Source: Octopus bimaculoides
Lineage: Eukaryota
Direction: 5' to 3'
Assembly (NCBI RefSeq): GCF_001194135.2
Contig: NC_068981.1
Coordinates: 9,829,418 to 9,888,207, forward strand
Length of the DNA stretch: 58,790 nt
Below the pieces are notes generated by a model. It did not search any database. It was given only the letters and a program-made list of their open reading frames with translations, and was not told the origin of the DNA. How positions within the stretch are numbered: the first letter of the stretch is position 1; every line of letters begins with the position of its first letter. Below are positions 37,060-50,958 of the stretch, in pieces. The translations under genes and the position numbers were made by a program.

Positions 37060-38520
37060 TGTATACATCTTTCACTTATGCACATTTTAAAACAACCTTT
37101 CAATGGAGTTTTTTTTTTTCAAACGAACCGATTTCCGGCAATAATTACACCATAAAGTAAATGTTTAGGCTTACAATGTTCAGCCATTGTCATAAGATGT
37201 TCTGTCCACACATTAAGGAAAATAGTTGACAAGAATGCTTTCTGTTTGGAATTTGACATCTCAGATAAATTTCTGGATTTGGTGTAAAAGTAGTTCGTTT
37301 TCTTCTTTACACCAGAATTCTGCGCAAGTCGTGCTGAAGGAGTCTCGCTGAAGGAGTCTCGCTGAGATTCTTAGATGACGTTTATACACTAGTCGTAGTT
37401 CACGAGTCTATAAAAGAGGCGAGACGTCACAGGCTTGATATACATATCACGTCGGTTTCTCTTCTTTTTCTCCATCTGCCCAAAAGCTTTGGTTAGTTTT
37501 TCCCAGTTTTAGGGTAATTTACTTGGCTAAGAAACCATCTTACGAGAATCTACTACCAAGGCACCGAACTGATCAACAGCCATACGACGCTGACCGAATA
37601 CAAGAATATTTTGTTCTACCTACATGGAGTCGGTTGCTGCATGTTAACAATCCTATTTACATTAGTTGTAAAAGCAAAACCTGAATATGCATTGGAGAGT
37701 TGTCCATTAGGTCCTGCAACTCGTGCGCACTGTTACTAGGTTACTAGGTCACAGTCATCAGTGTAGGTCACATATGGGAATTGTCAGCACCTTAGCGTTT
37801 ACACAATGTAGAAACAACAGTAAGTTTACATCTTCCATTTTCATTTGTTGAAATTGCTTTACAAAAGATTCCAAAATGCTGTGGTACAAGAATGCAGCCC
37901 TGCTTCACATCATTTGCAATTGAAATGAGGTCTGAGAGAGAACGCAATCAAATTTCATCCATTCGCTGGTATCATCGCGGTGCCAGCATGTAGTGATAAG
38001 AAAAAGGGGAGAAAACAACTGAGCTTGAGTAGAACCATTCAAAATATTATTTGACAATTAACTACAGAAATGTTTTCTTTCGAAATCGATGAAACATTGA
38101 TGGTGGTCGAGATTTTGATCGATGCACTTTTCCTGTTGATGAAATGCAGTGAATATCCTATCCATAATACTATATCATTTTGAACCAACGCCATATTTAG
38201 TTTCAGGATATATTTTCCTATACTATTTCGAAAGACACTGACAAATACCTTCCCAACATTTGAGTGTAAAACATTTCCCCGATAATTACCACAAATATCT
38301 TCGAATTCTTGAACAGAATAATAACCAGCTCGTCCCTCCATCGGTAAGATGTTCCTTTAGTTCTGACTGAAACATACACATCATGTAAGAACCCAGTAAG
38401 CTTAGAAATGCCTACTGGTTGAATTCCGCGCATATGCCATCAAGGCCAGCTACTTTCCCAATATTCATTTGCCTAACAATTTTGATTTCTTCTACAAGGT
38501 TAGAAATATTCCCTAGCATT
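37060..38520 (-). pseudogene. Decayed RTE-clade (BovB-like) LINE reverse transcriptase
   Basis: Ordered minus-strand motifs GKVAGLDGICAE, CGNYRG, IFTA..QQEKCIDQNLD..QCFIDF, VKQGCILVP, YTDD (37754-37765), PKHLLYG; many stops and frameshifts. Confidence 0.85.
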
Positions 38521-39299
38521 TCTTTTATTTGATGCTAGTCGTAAAATCAGTCTTTATATATTTTTATTCACTTGCGAGATTTCGACGAGTATCACAGACA
38601 GGCACAAAGACCGAGAGATTGTTGTATAATTATGACCTCTTTTTGCACAAAATTAAATGTATCGTTATTTTGTGTATATGCATGAAAATCTATTCATAAC
38701 TTATCCCTAAAATTTTGGTATTACTACTTCATTTAAAGGAGCCACGTGATTGTGAAGCCCTCTTTACCAAACAGGCATGCCGGCAAATAAAATGTGAATA
38801 TTGAATTTAACACATCACTAGCTTCTTGGTTTGTACATTATGCCATTGAACACGCGGGTCTCTCTTGTACTGACTGCTCCATTAAACAGCCAAATGTTAA
38901 AATGATTCAGAACTTTTGTCTCGAAATATAAGCCTTTTAGGTACCTTCTATGCGGTAAATATGTCCTAGAAATAGTTGTCAAATCTCTTTCAAACCACAC
39001 TCTGCATTAGTCAAAACGGGAGAACATTTTGAATCATGCAACCTTACTAAGCTGCAAGATTCGAAAGCAAAAGCAAACACTCGGGTTCGTCATGGCTTGA
39101 ACACCTTAGATCATAATTCTACTTAGGGCTGACACAAGCTAGGGAGTAAAACCTAACGTAATATAAGAGATATCATGCTTTGGTAGGGCTTGGTAGCTAA
39201 TTGTTTTAGGTGCCTATGTAGTCGTAAGCAGTTATAGACATACTCTCGGTCGCCTTTACTTTACGAAACAGAATCTTGGTATATGACTGCTGGGAGAGA

Positions 39300-39465
39300 A
39301 AGAGCTGCACCAGCAACTGGTTGATGTACAATACAGTAGAGAAGAGTGGATCAAGGAGAAATAAAGTTCTTTACTCATGGACATTTCGTACCACCCAGTT
39401 CATGAATCGAACCCAGGAACTTATGACCATGAGCCAAACACTTTAATCACTTAGCCACGAGGCCA
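39300..39465 (-). mobile_element. SINE family D-related fragment
   Basis: Minus strand CGTGGCTAAGTGATTAAAG..GGGTTCGATTC tRNA-like head. Confidence 0.5.
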
Positions 39466-40338
39466 GCATAAAATATATAACTATGGACGTTGGACTTTAC
39501 GAAGACAATGTTTCTGCATCTGATTTTTCTATATGTGAGCTACGAGTTAACGAGAAATCCTCGATAACGTTACTTAAGTCCGCTAGAAAGAGCAGCCAAA
39601 ACTCCGATACAACACTTTTTACTGTCTTAAAAATAAAAGTGAATGATATATTTGATAAGGTAGCCCTAGATAGGGGTCTTCCTGAAACAACAAATACGGA
39701 CTGCTTTTAATCATAGGTTTACTAGATCAATGATAAAATGCACTTCCCCACCACCACCAACAACAACTACAACTACAACAACATCTATATTGCACCGCAC
39801 ATAAGCTTATCTGAAATGCAAATGAGAGAAAATTTAAAATGTGTGAGAGTGCCTCGGAACCTCAAAGTAATGCGCTCAGGAGACTCATGAATATTATCCA
39901 ACGTATAGTAATATATGAGGAAATACTGTCAGTTGAAACACCTGCAAATGAAGGTGAAGTATCAATATTATCGATCAGTAAAGATATAGAGACCGTGCTA
40001 TCATGTTTGTATACAGGTGAGAAACACAGAGAGATGAAGCGAAAGAGAGAGAGAGACAGAGGGAGAAATGGGGGGAGGGAATATGTGACAGTCAAAGCGA
40101 GATATGGAAACAGGTAGAGACAGAGAGAGAATGAAGGAAAGAAGGAAACAAGAAAGACGAAGAGAGCAAATGAGAAAGTGAATGAAAGGAAAGAGGGAAT
40201 GAAATGATGAAAAAGATGAAGGAGCGAAATGAAAGCCTGAAAAGCTAGGGATTAGCATGGAGTATTTAGAGAAATGTTGATAGACACATACCTATACAAA
40301 TGTTCATATATGTATTCATGTATATATCCAGGTATGCG

Positions 40339-40374
<36 letters not shown>

Positions 40375-40773
40375 NNNNNNNNNNNNNNNNNNNNNNNNNN
40401 NNNNNNNNNNNNNNNNNNNNNNNNNNNNNNNNNNNNNNNNNNNNNNNNNNNNNNNNNNNNNNNNNNNNNNNNNNNNNNNNNNNNNNNNNNNNNNNNNNNN
40501 NNNNNNNNNNNNNNNNNNNNNNNNNNNNNNNNNNNNNNNNNNNNNNNNNNNNNNNNNNNNNNNNNNNNNNNNNNNNNNNNNNNNNNNNNNNNNNNNNNNN
40601 NNNNNNNNNNNNNNNNNNNNNNNNNNNNNNNNNNNNNNNNNNNNNNNNNNNNNNNNNNNNNNNNNNNNNNNNNNNNNNNNNNNNNNNNNNNNNNNNNNNN
40701 NNNNNNNNNNNNNNNNNNNNNNNNNNNNNNNNNNNNNNNNNNNNNNNNNNNNNNNNNNNNNNNNNNNNNNNNN

Positions 40774-40813
<40 letters not shown>

Positions 40814-41191
40814 GAAAAGTGCACTCTGCTGAAAGTAATGAGAACAAGATTTTCATCAGGTGAATATCAATAATCCAATTGAAGGAGACTATTTTCGAAG
40901 AATTTGTTTGTGTGTTCGCGATATTCGACTTAACAGAAAGTGATACACAGGAAAGGTAGAGAGTAGTCTACTAATGGAGACAACAAGTTCAGCTTGGATG
41001 ACAGAATATATAGAATGCCAAAAGAAGGGGAAAAGAATATGAAGCATATTCGTTGTTCTCCTCAAATCACGAACACGCAAATAAGTAATAATATGGAAAG
41101 TAACAGGAAAACAAAACGTAGTCTTACATGTGCTCAGAAAGAGCAACGGAAAAGTACAGTAATATAATAGACAAGCACGCACGCACGCATA

Positions 41192-41260
<69 letters not shown>

Positions 41261-41383
41261 TCACATCTAACTAGCCACAAACTATCACTAAGAACGTAAA
41301 ATTCCCTTTCTCCCTTTTTCTTCTTTCTCCCTCTCACTCTCTTTCTCGCTCTTTCTTTCTCTCTCTCGCTTTTTCTCTCTTTT

Positions 41384-41429
<46 letters not shown>

Positions 41430-41952
41430 GTATGTGTATGTGTGTGTACATATGTATTTATATGCACATACCGACACAAAAAAAGCACACACATATACGC
41501 ACATAATCAATCTTTTTATCTATATATATATACATTTAAATCCGTTCATTTGATTGATATCTCATTAATGTGATTGCATTACTATGAATCTTCACCTGGA
41601 ATACAATTTACTGTAACTGATTACCTTTTCCTAATTCCTCTCTCCTTAATTGTCTCGTTCTCTCTCGATATTCACCTAAATTACCAACCTTGCTAGCTAG
41701 GTAACTATTTGATACAGTTCTTTTCTCTCTATATATTTACCAGTCTACCTCCTACTTCACTCTACATACTTCTCTTCTTATACACACATGATCACAAGTA
41801 CTGGCATACCAATATGCATACATGTATGCAGGAATTTAAAAAGTAAAATATAACAGTTCTAGAAATAGGCCAGTGATGATAACTACTTAGATACTGATAT
41901 CACCTGTGTGTGAAACTAACCTCAAGTGATGACAGAGTAATAATGAGAATAT

Positions 41953-41997
<45 letters not shown>

Positions 41998-42309
41998 CTT
42001 TATTTAAGGAACGAAAATATCAAGATTATCTGGCATCGGTAGCTCAGGCTAATTAGTATTGATTTTGTTGTTATTTCCATAATTGTGATTTCTTGCAAAA
42101 TATATTATCTTAATATTACGACTACGCAACAAAAACAACAACAACAACAACATCATCAACAACAACAACATGGACCCTTTATTCATTAAATATTAATTAG
42201 TGATAATTTTAATCATTCCGCTTGTTTCAGCTCACCAACCACTGCTAAGTACATGCTAGAGAACCGCTTTATATGTACACACACAAACACACACACAATC
42301 ATATATCTG

Positions 42310-42895
42310 TGTATGGTTGTTGTTAGGAAGCTAGATTCACAACAACGTAATTTCTTGAGGTTGTTTCTTTTACTGTAGCACCGGGCTTATCAAAGCCTTG
42401 TGAGTGAAGTGGGAAAATGGAAACTGTGTAGAATCCCGTTGTTTATGTATATATATATATATATAAGCATATATGTGTGTCAGTCTGTGTGTTTGTGTTT
42501 GTCCCCCACGCCAGCTTGACAACCGGTGTAGGTGTGTTTACGACCCTGTAACTTAGCGGTTCGGGCCCGAGACACCGATTACATAAGTACAATGCTTAAA
42601 AAAATATGTAAGTACCTAAAATTCTTCAAAGCGGTGCCCCAGCTTGGCCACAATATGACTAAAAGTGTGAACTATAAAAAAAAAGATAAAAGACAGATTT
42701 TTGTTTCTATGTTTTCCCTCCACCACCGTTTGACAAACCGGCGCTGGTTTGTTTGCGTCCCATTAATTTAACCGCTCTGCAAAAGAGGGCGGTGGAATAA
42801 GTACCACACAGAAACCTAAGTATTGGGGTTGATTTGTTCGACAAACCCTTCAACGCAGTGCCCAAATTTGGTCGCAGTCCAGTAGCTAAAACAAG
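42310..42895 (+). mobile_element. SINE family A copy (42310-42694) followed by a second tail-only copy (42700-42895)
   Basis: AAAGCCTTGTGAGTG..GAAACTG, CTTGACAACCGG..AACTTAGCGGTTCG; tail motifs repeated directly downstream. Confidence 0.75.
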
Positions 42896-43002
42896 CAATA
42901 TATATAATGTATGTATGGATGTATGTATGTATGTATATATGCATGAATGTATGTATGAATGAATGTATGTATGTCTGTATGAATGTATGTATGTATATAT
43001 GC

Positions 43003-43056
<54 letters not shown>

Positions 43057-44446
43057 NNNNNNNNNNNNNNNNNNNNNNNNNNNNNNNNNNNNNNNNNNNN
43101 NNNNNNNNNNNNNNNNNNNNNNNNNNNNNNNNNNNNNNNNNNNNNNNNNNNNNNNNNNNNNNNNNNNNNNNNNNNNNNNNNNNNNNNNNNNNNNNNNNNN
43201 NNNNNNNNNNNNNNNNNNNNNNNNNNNNNNNNNNNNNNNNNNNNNNNNNNNNNNNNNNNNNNNNNNNNNNNNNNNNNNNNNNNNNNNNNNNNNNNNNNNN
43301 NNNNNNNNNNNNNNNNNNNNNNNNNNNNNNNNNNNNNNNNNNNNNNNNNNNNNNNNNNNNNNNNNNNNNNNNNNNNNNNNNNNNNNNNNNNNNNNNNNNN
43401 NNNNNNNNNNNNNNNNNNNNNNNNNNNNNNNNNNNNNNNNNNNNNNNNNNNNNNNNNNNNNNNNNNNNNNNNNNNNNNNNNNNNNNNNNNNNNNNNNNNN
43501 NCTTACTATGGGTTTCATAGTTTAAATTTTGAATTGAAGGCAGGTGAAACCCGACAAATAGCTTTTTACATTAAGCGGTTTTCATTTTTTTCACTCAATT
43601 TATATCGTTTAAAGTAGGCGTCGTATGGCCGAGTGCTTAAGAATTTAGTTTTGCTTGTAAGAGGGGCTGGGTTCAATTTTACTGCATAGCACCTTTGGCA
43701 ATTGTCAAGGTACCTTCTGAATGTAATTGGGTAGACAACAGTAGCGTTGCTGGACGGGCGTGTGGGGAGTGAGCAAGAATTTTTGCTGTTGGTGGTGGTT
43801 TTGTTTATGTTATTGCTACTGTTCCCTCTTTCAGACCAGCTCTGACCCAGTAGACCTGCGATTAAAGGTATATCATCTTTAAAATTTCAGATACAGTATA
43901 ACTTAGACCTTTTGTCTAATATGACCTGTTTTTTTTTTAGACAGTGGTGAGTGGTTATAAAGAAATTGGTTTACGGTTTCCATCAGTTGGAAATACCACG
44001 AAAAAACACTCTATATAGACACAGCTTGCAGAGAAGGAACTTCGTGGGGTTCACGTTTCGATATTCATAAAAATGAATATCGAAAACATCTCTGTCGATG
44101 AGAAAGACAAGAGATATGGGGAATTACATAGAAATTCCATCTTTTTGTATGTACTAAACCGTTGTGTATTCTCTTTCTTTTTCCTTTCATATTTGAATAG
44201 CTGGAATTAGTGAACATGATACCAGAAATGAAGAGGTAACAAAGCTGAGATTAATTATTCGTTTAACTAAACCCACAAAATCCTTTCGCTCGTTCATCAT
44301 CTATTCCTCCTCACGGTGTATCTCTTTTCAATGTGTTATATATTTGTGTAGATATTTGTATGATGTCTACATTTTGTCCTCCATTCAATCATCTGAATTA
44401 TAATGGATCACATGGCATTATTTAAACTTGTCTATCAACTTACATC

Positions 44447-44487
<41 letters not shown>

Positions 44488-44574
44488 CAACGACTCAATA
44501 AACACAAACACACATATGCATTGACAAGAACAAAATCAGAATACACATTAACTATATTAGAGTGAAATATTTAA

Positions 44575-44930
44575 GGTATGGCTCTGTGGTAAGAAGCTTG
44601 CTTCCCAACCATACGGTTCTGGGTTCAGTTCCACTACGTAACAATTTGAGCTAGGGTCTTCAGCCATACGCTCGGCCAACTCAATTCTTATTTGTGGATT
44701 TGGCAGACGGAAGCTAAAAATGCCCGTGTGTGTATCCTCGTGTTTGTCCTTCACCACTGCTTGACAACCGGTGTTGGTTTGTTTACATTTACGTCATTGT
44801 AATTTAGCGTTTCGGCAAAAGTGACGATAGAATAAATACAAGGCTTTCAAAAAGGACTGAGTTGGATTCGTTTTACCTAAAACCTTCCAAAGCGGTTCCC
44901 CAGCGTGGCCACAGTGAACGGTATAAAAGA
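44575..44930 (+). mobile_element. SINE family A
   Basis: GCTCTGTGGTAAGAAGCTTGCTTCCCAACC..GGGTTCAGTTCC head; CTTGACAACCGG tail. Confidence 0.8.
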
Positions 44931-45804
44931 TATTTAGTGATTATGCATTCTGCCCGGAATATCATATCCGGGAATACTAAATAATTGTGGCATTATGAAT
45001 ATAAAAAAAAAACACCTTAAGCAATTATGTGCCACATACACTGGCATCCAGAGTTTTCTTTATTGCATGATAGGAAGAAGTTATTGTAAGGTACATAACT
45101 CCTTTCGTTCAACTATAGACCATTAAGGATGAGAAGTTTTCTGTTGCGCGGGTATAAAATTATAAGGACGTCGCTCTTAAGAAATATGTATGTGGTAATG
45201 CTAATATAAACACGTTTGTGGATGTATTGCGAGCGTTTCTGAATTGTGTTGACTTGCAAGCAGGATTTCATGTTGTAAACACATAAATTGTGTTGGGGGT
45301 AATTTTCCAGTGCTTCAGGATCTGTAATGTTAATAGCCCATATGTTTAATGTTCATGTTTAAAATGGAGTTCTTTTCAGATTTGCAAAACCAGTTATTTT
45401 TTAAAATTTTCTTTTTTCTATAGCGTTTCGGTATGTTTTACGTCTTTCGAAGATGTATCTGATTTCGAATCCATTACTGTATTTTCTTCGGGTTCACTGT
45501 GTAATTGAATAGGTTTCTGGATTTTCGCCTTTTCTATAGATCTGAAATAAGAATTGGTTATAGAAGAGTTGATTCAATATAGCTTCAAACAAACCTACAC
45601 ACTCTTTACGAACGTTGTTTAAGAAGCTGCTTTTGCGATTACAAGGCCCTGGGTTTGATTTCACTGTGTTCAACTAAGCCACTACGCAATTTTGGGTCAT
45701 GTCTGTTTCATAATTTTCTATATTTTACAATTTTCGTTCGGTATAAAAGTGAAATGTTTATTTATTGAGGCTACAACATCTTTAACATATCAGGCTAACG
45801 TTTA

Positions 45805-46020
45805 AGGCCGCGAGTTGACAGAATCAGTTAGTGACTGGGCAAGATGCTTAGCGGCATTTCGTTTGCCTCTACGTTCTAATTTTAAATTTCCGCCGAGTTT
45901 GGCTTTGCCTTTCATCCTTTCGAGGTCGATAAAGTAAGTAGCAGTTGAACACTGGAGTCGATTTGATCGACTCGACCCTTCTCCCAAAACTTCTGGCCTT
46001 GAACCAGAATTTCAGACCAA
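45805..46020 (+). mobile_element. SINE family B
   Basis: GCTTAGCGGCATTTCG..GCCTTTCATCCTTTCGAGGTCGATAAAG family match. Confidence 0.8.
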
Positions 46021-46562
46021 TGTTAAGTTTAACTTTTAAGCATCTTTTCTTACTATTAGAAGATAAGTGGTGAAGTATTTGCGATCTTGTTGCTGAATCC
46101 TCTGCTTTATAGCGCTTTATAGTAATTACTAGGTGATTGCAAGAGCTGTTAATTAGATAAAACCAAAACAAAACAATTATGGTAACACGGCAAGGATTTA
46201 TGGGCAAGTGGTTTTTCTTAACGTTTCCTACAGTGTATACGTTTGTCAATGCTTAATATAAAGGTAAAAAAAATCTGAGAAATTTAAAATACTCTAGTAA
46301 TGGGTAATAGTTATTCTTCAGCTCAAATTTCTATATACGTTGAACATTTATATACAGGTATGTGTGTGTGTCTTATGTCTTAATATATATATATATATAT
46401 ATATATANNNNNNNNNNNNNNNNNNNNNNNNNNNNNNNNNNNNNNNNNNNNNNNNNNNNNNNNNNNNNNNNNNNNNNNNNNNNNNNNNNNNNNNNNNNNN
46501 NNNNNNNNNNNNNNNNNNNNNNNNNNNNNNNNNNNNNNNNNNNNNNNNNNNNNNNNNNNNNN

Positions 46563-46633
<71 letters not shown>

Positions 46634-47356
46634 TATATTAACGTGTGATCGTCGTATGACCATGACAGAGAAAGTTGTCATGGCGATACCCGCTCAGAGG
46701 CCGTCGCAAAGTTTCAGAAAGTGTATGGAGAGGAGTGTATGAGCCGCACAAAAGTGTACGAGAAGTTCAGATATTTCCAAGATGGTCGAAAAAATGTCGA
46801 TACTGATGAAAGTTTTGGGAGACAAGCAACCAGCAGAATTGAGAAAAAACCTCGCAGATGTACATACAGCTGTGAGAAGTAATCCTCAGATCACCATCTG
46901 TGAATTATCAGAAGCTGCGAAGATTAGTTACAGTTCAGTTCAGTCTATTATCACTGAAGTTTTGGGTATGAGACGCGTGTCCGCCAAGTTGGTGCAAAAA
47001 GTGCTTTCAGCTGACCAAAAAGACACTTGGGTTTTAGTTGCACAAGATATCCTTCATTGTGTCGAGAGCGATGAAAACTTTTGAAAACTTCGTGTAGGCC
47101 TTTGAGCAGGTATCGCCAAGATTTTTGGTAAAATTTGATGCAGATTATCTGCTCAATTTTCTCTGTCATGATCAATGCGACGATCACACGCTACATACCT
47201 TCCTTCCAAGCACTGCTGTAAACAGCGGAATGAACTAGAACGTTAATGTACATTCACAGCGGAGTTTTAAGTCAGTCTGTGCCAAACGGCTTCAATCTGC
47301 ATGCTTTAGCTTCGCTACTATGGCAACAGTCCGGATACTTATTGATCAGACTATAT
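46634..47356. mobile_element. Fold-back mariner derivative made of two opposed 5' ends
   Basis: Plus strand from ATG 46662: KVYGEECMSRTKVYE..QDGRKNVDTDE..GMRRVSAKLVQKVL (mariner HTH region). Minus strand from ATG 47169: MTEKIEQIICIKF. TIR-like GTCCGGATACTTATTGATCAGACTATA near 47329-47355. Confidence 0.85.
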
Positions 47357-48308
47357 ATGATGACAGTGATGATGATGATGATGATGATGATTGCCTCATC
47401 TTGTCAGGTGACAGCCGGTCTCACACTCAGCTTGATGGTTCTGATTTACTTTCATCCTTGCATGTGCACGGTTATCCGTTGTCATAAGACTTTATAAAAT
47501 ACAAAACGAATCCAAGAATGATATGACAGTGAGACATCTGTACGTCATTGGATTGGAGTAAAAACAGCTTTTACAACAGTTTTGCCACAAACTCGGTCGC
47601 CATAGTGGGTTCCAGAGACAAGCATTGCAAGATGACTGCTTCTAATTTGATTGCAAGTTTTATACCAGAATCTTTCTCCTAGTAGAGCTGCCTTACCCAC
47701 GGCTTTGTCAAAAATTACAGGAGCCTCGTCTACCCTGGGAAGTCCATTTAACCTACAATTGGGACCCTAAGAACTTCTACTGTTCCGGATCAGAACAAAC
47801 CTGGGAGTAATGGTAGTTAAGCATAAGCTCCATCCGTACACAACTCAGAACTCTCGGCGTGGAACCTCACCACAAAATGCAATTTAATATCATACCCACG
47901 ACAATATATATATATATATATATATANNNNNNNNNNNNNNNNNNNNNNNNNNNNNNNNNNNNNNNNNNNNNNNNNNNNNNNNNNNNNNNNNNNNNNNNNN
48001 NNNNNNNNNNNNNNNNNNNNNNNNNNNNNNNNNNNNNNNNNNNNNNNNNNNNNNNNNNNNNNNNNNNNNNNCCGTAGCCATCATCTCTCTCTCTCTCCTT
48101 CTCTCTCTCTCCCTCTCTCTCACACACACACACACATATATTTATATATATACAGAGAGAGAGAGAGAGAGAGAGAGGAGGGAGAAATAGATAGAAAATA
48201 TATAACATATAAAATGGTATATATACATAAATTATATACACATATATATATACATGTATGTATATACGTATCGATATAAATAAATACATATATACTTATA
48301 TACATACG

Positions 48309-48366
<58 letters not shown>

Positions 48367-48660
48367 TATGTGTGTGTATAAATCATATGGGTGTATAATA
48401 TGTGTTGATATATACTTATGTAGTTAAGCATGCGTGTATATGTGTCCGTGGATGGATGAATATTTGTACATGTATATTAATATAGATAGATAGATAGATA
48501 GATATAATGTCAGCGCTAACGTTTGTATGTTTGCATATATTTATACGTATGTGTACATATATGTATGTATGTATGTATGTGTGTGTGTCTGTATGTATGT
48601 ATGGATGGATGTGTGCGCGCGCGCGATAGTATTGCTGTGATTGTATAGTGAACAAGAAAG

Positions 48661-48695
<35 letters not shown>

Positions 48696-49544
48696 GTGAA
48701 ATAGAGAAAGAGAGAGAATACAGAGAAAGATGATAGATCGAAGAAGGGAGGAATTGAAGAACTTTCGAACTAAAAACCAAAAAATCATTCATCGACGATT
48801 CTGCTCGTCATTATCTTCGTTTTCCCATATTTCCAAACAAAAACCGAACGCACAGCAACGGGGGAACATTCTGGTATTTGTATTATTATTACTACTACTA
48901 TTAACTATTTCTGACAGCACTAAAAACCACCAAACACTATTACTTCTACTACAACAACACCAACAACAACAACAACAACAACAACTACTACTACTGCTAC
49001 TACTATTACGGGGAGAATAACAACTACTATAACAGAAGATACACTACACCTAATGCTGTTACTAATACTTTGCGAGAGCATCAACGAGCTCAGTTACTAA
49101 AAAAAATGAATATGTAAATAAACAAATAAATAAATGAACTACTGTTGCATTACTCTGCACCACCCCCTACTCTCACCGCTCTCTCACCAGTACCAGTACC
49201 ACTACCACTACATTGCCTGTCTCTGTCTCTTCTTTGGTTTGTTGACAGAGGTAGCAGCAGTGCAGTGGTGTTCTAGTGTTTCGAATAATAGTGATAGCGC
49301 TGGTGTCCACCACAGGCAAAGACGACATTTTCTGTTATAGTAATAATAATGTAAGCTAGCAGTTTTATCACCTGTATATATATATATTTTTCGAGGTCGC
49401 TGTCATAGTAGATATGATTCCTGTTGTGGTCTTCTGCACCGACAACCGTCTCGCCACTATCCTTCTCGCTGTTGCATATCCCTTTCACTAAATTCTATCT
49501 TCCAATATATCGCCTTTCACTAAATGATGGAATGCATCCTTTAG

Positions 49545-49652
49545 ATAACAATACTCTTCGAACTTCCTACACATCCAAGCGGATGGGAAGTGCCAAAAAC
49601 ACCTGGAACACTTACAAGTATGAGAAACTGTGGGTGGACGAAACCACAAAAG
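49545..49652 (+). CDS. Candidate 108-nt coding exon, or 3' part of a first exon, of an unidentified gene
   Basis: Perfect donor AAAG|GTAAGT at 49652/49653; possible acceptor CCTTTAG at 49544 with CACTAAAT branch-like motif about 22 nt upstream; two frames open; no homology recognised. Confidence 0.4.
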
Positions 49653-50395
49653 GTAAGTTCAACAAGTAAACAAATAACTTGTATACTCGAATATATATGT
49701 ATGTATACATGTATTTCTGCATGCACGTATGTATGTATGTATGCATGTATTATATATATCTCTCTCTCGCCCTCTCACTCAATATATATATATATATATT
49801 TATAATTGCATACATACATATATATGCTACAAAGTCAATCATTAACTCATATATACCTACACCGTATGTCGCTCTCTCTCTTTCTCTCTCTCTCTCTCAT
49901 ATATATATANNNNNNNNNNNNNNNNNNNNNNNNNNNNNNNNNNNNNNNNNNNNNNNNNNNNNNNNNNNNNNNNNNNNNNNNNNNNNNNNNNNNNNNNNNN
50001 NNNNNNNNNNNNNNNNNNNNNNNNNNNNNNNNNNNNNNNNNNNNNNNNNNNNNNNNNNNNNNNNNNNNNNNNNNNNNNNNNNNNNNNNNNNNNNNNNNNN
50101 NNNNNNNNNNNNNNNNNNNNNNNNNNNNNNNNNNNNNNNNNNNNNNNNNNNNNNNNNNNNNNNNNNNNNNNNNNNNNNNNNNNNNNNNNNNNNNNNNNNN
50201 NNNNNNNNNNNNNNNNNNNNNNNNNNNNNNNNNNNNNNNNNNNNNNNNNNNNNNNNNNNNNNNNNNNNNNNNNNNNNNNNNNNNNNNNNNNNNNNNNNNN
50301 NNNNNNNNNNNNNNNNNNNNNNNNNNNNNNNNNNNNNNNNNNNNNNNNNNNNNNNNNNNNNNNNNNNNNNNNNNNNNNNNNNNNNNNNNNNNNNN

Positions 50396-50429
<34 letters not shown>

Positions 50430-50915
50430 GATTTATGAATGGGTAATTGCATTGATGCACATTCGAAAGCACAATGTATTCATGCTTCCATGTATGCCAT
50501 GCATATACACATATATCATATAAAAAAAAAACATACACCGTTCTCAGTCATATAGAACGCATGCATACGCACACATTGCAACGCATACACACGCTCTTCG
50601 TTCTATGTACATTAATTTCTTATATACATAGAATCTTTCTTATATATATATCGATCTATTCTGTTTGCGTCTTTCTTAAGATTTCTGTTTCCTTTTGTCT
50701 CCTCTGCTCTTCTCTCTCTCTCATACACACACCCACACCCACAACACATACATACACACACACACACATACACACCTCACATGCACACACGCTTACCCAC
50801 ATGTACAGTAATTGATATAATTGCGCATTTATATACACATATACGTGCATATATATATGTATATATACACACATGCCCACTCACTCACACATATATATAT
50901 GTGATTGTATATATG

Positions 50916-50958
<43 letters not shown>

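Noticed and set aside
39483-39710. 75-aa ORF
   Set aside because: Its 3' half is a copy of non-coding repeat family C.
39839-40117. 92-aa ORF with a possible ACAG|GTGAGA donor near 40017
   Set aside because: No recognisable homology, no clear acceptor, and it runs into GA-rich low complexity; cannot be distinguished from chance.
48730-49020. 96-aa ORF with poly-L and poly-Q
   Set aside because: The runs come from CTA and CAA trinucleotide repeats; more likely UTR or intergenic than coding.
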